From: Octopus sinensis
Lineage: Eukaryota
NCBI RefSeq assembly: GCF_006345805.1
Contig: NC_042997.1
Coordinates: 20,336,001 to 20,400,000 of the forward strand
Direction: 5' to 3'
Length of the DNA stretch: 64,000 nt
Shown here: positions 63,471-64,000 of the stretch, one piece after another
Numbering within the stretch: position 1 is the stretch's first letter
Layout of the letters: each line of letters starts with the position of its first letter
The notes under the pieces: generated by a model
Databases searched by the model: none
Seen by the model: only the letters and a program-made list of their open reading frames with translations
What the model was told of the DNA's origin: nothing
Translations under genes and position numbers: made by a program

Positions 63471-63772
63471 ATATACACACACACACATATATTTATATAC
63501 ATATTTATAGTTATGCTGATCCCACATCAAAAGCTCTGGTGATAGTGCCAGATAAAAAGCACCCAATATACTCCATGGAGTGGTTGGCATTAGGAAGGAC
63601 ATCCAGCTGTAGAAGCTACGCCAGGGAAGACAATGGTGCCTGGCATATCCCCCAACCTTACCAGCTCCTGTCAAACTGTCCAAGCCATGCCACCATGCCA
63701 GCATTGAAAACAGAATTAAATGGTGATGATGATGATATATAGATATTTACATATATGTATATATCTATAGAC

Positions 63773-63774
<2 letters not shown>

Positions 63775-63859
<85 letters not shown>

Positions 63860-63892
63860 TAGATAGATAGATAGATAGAGATAGATAGATAC

Positions 63893-63937
<45 letters not shown>

Positions 63938-63950
63938 GATAGATAGATAC
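63775..63950. repeat. (AGAT)n microsatellite
   Basis: Directly visible. Confidence 0.97.
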
Positions 63951-64000
63951 ATACTACTTTTCTATTAAGATAACATCAACAAAAAAATACATTCTTCAGT

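Overview
AT-rich eukaryotic DNA, dense in microsatellites and largely made of mobile-element remnants. The SINE/LINE types and microsatellite load suggest an Octopus-like cephalopod (inference, not proven). There is no intact multi-kilobase gene, rRNA, bona fide tRNA or CRISPR array. Most listed ORFs are microsatellite read-through or antisense to TE ORFs. Recognisable elements: RTE, CR1 and R4/Dong-like (RLE) LINE fragments; Penelope-like elements (RT + GIY-YIG); a full-length decayed mariner; a half Tc1; a fossil Helitron Rep/Hel plus non-autonomous Helitrons; TTAA MITEs; and several tRNA-derived SINE families. Short candidate exons with good splice signals occur on both strands, but I cannot name the host gene(s). 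Most notable: (1) a 1.8-kb TSD-flanked element encoding only an L1/Tx1-type ORF1, whose 3' end resembles the tail of a local SINE family; (2) a near-perfect 170-bp-arm palindrome carrying two opposed minimal hammerhead ribozyme motifs; (3) R4/Dong-like elements embedded in (TACA)n with a conserved post-microsatellite 3' module; (4) repeated fold-back/5'-inversion structures; (5) mix-and-match SINE heads and tails. Element boundaries were read by eye and are approximate unless a TSD or TIR is quoted.
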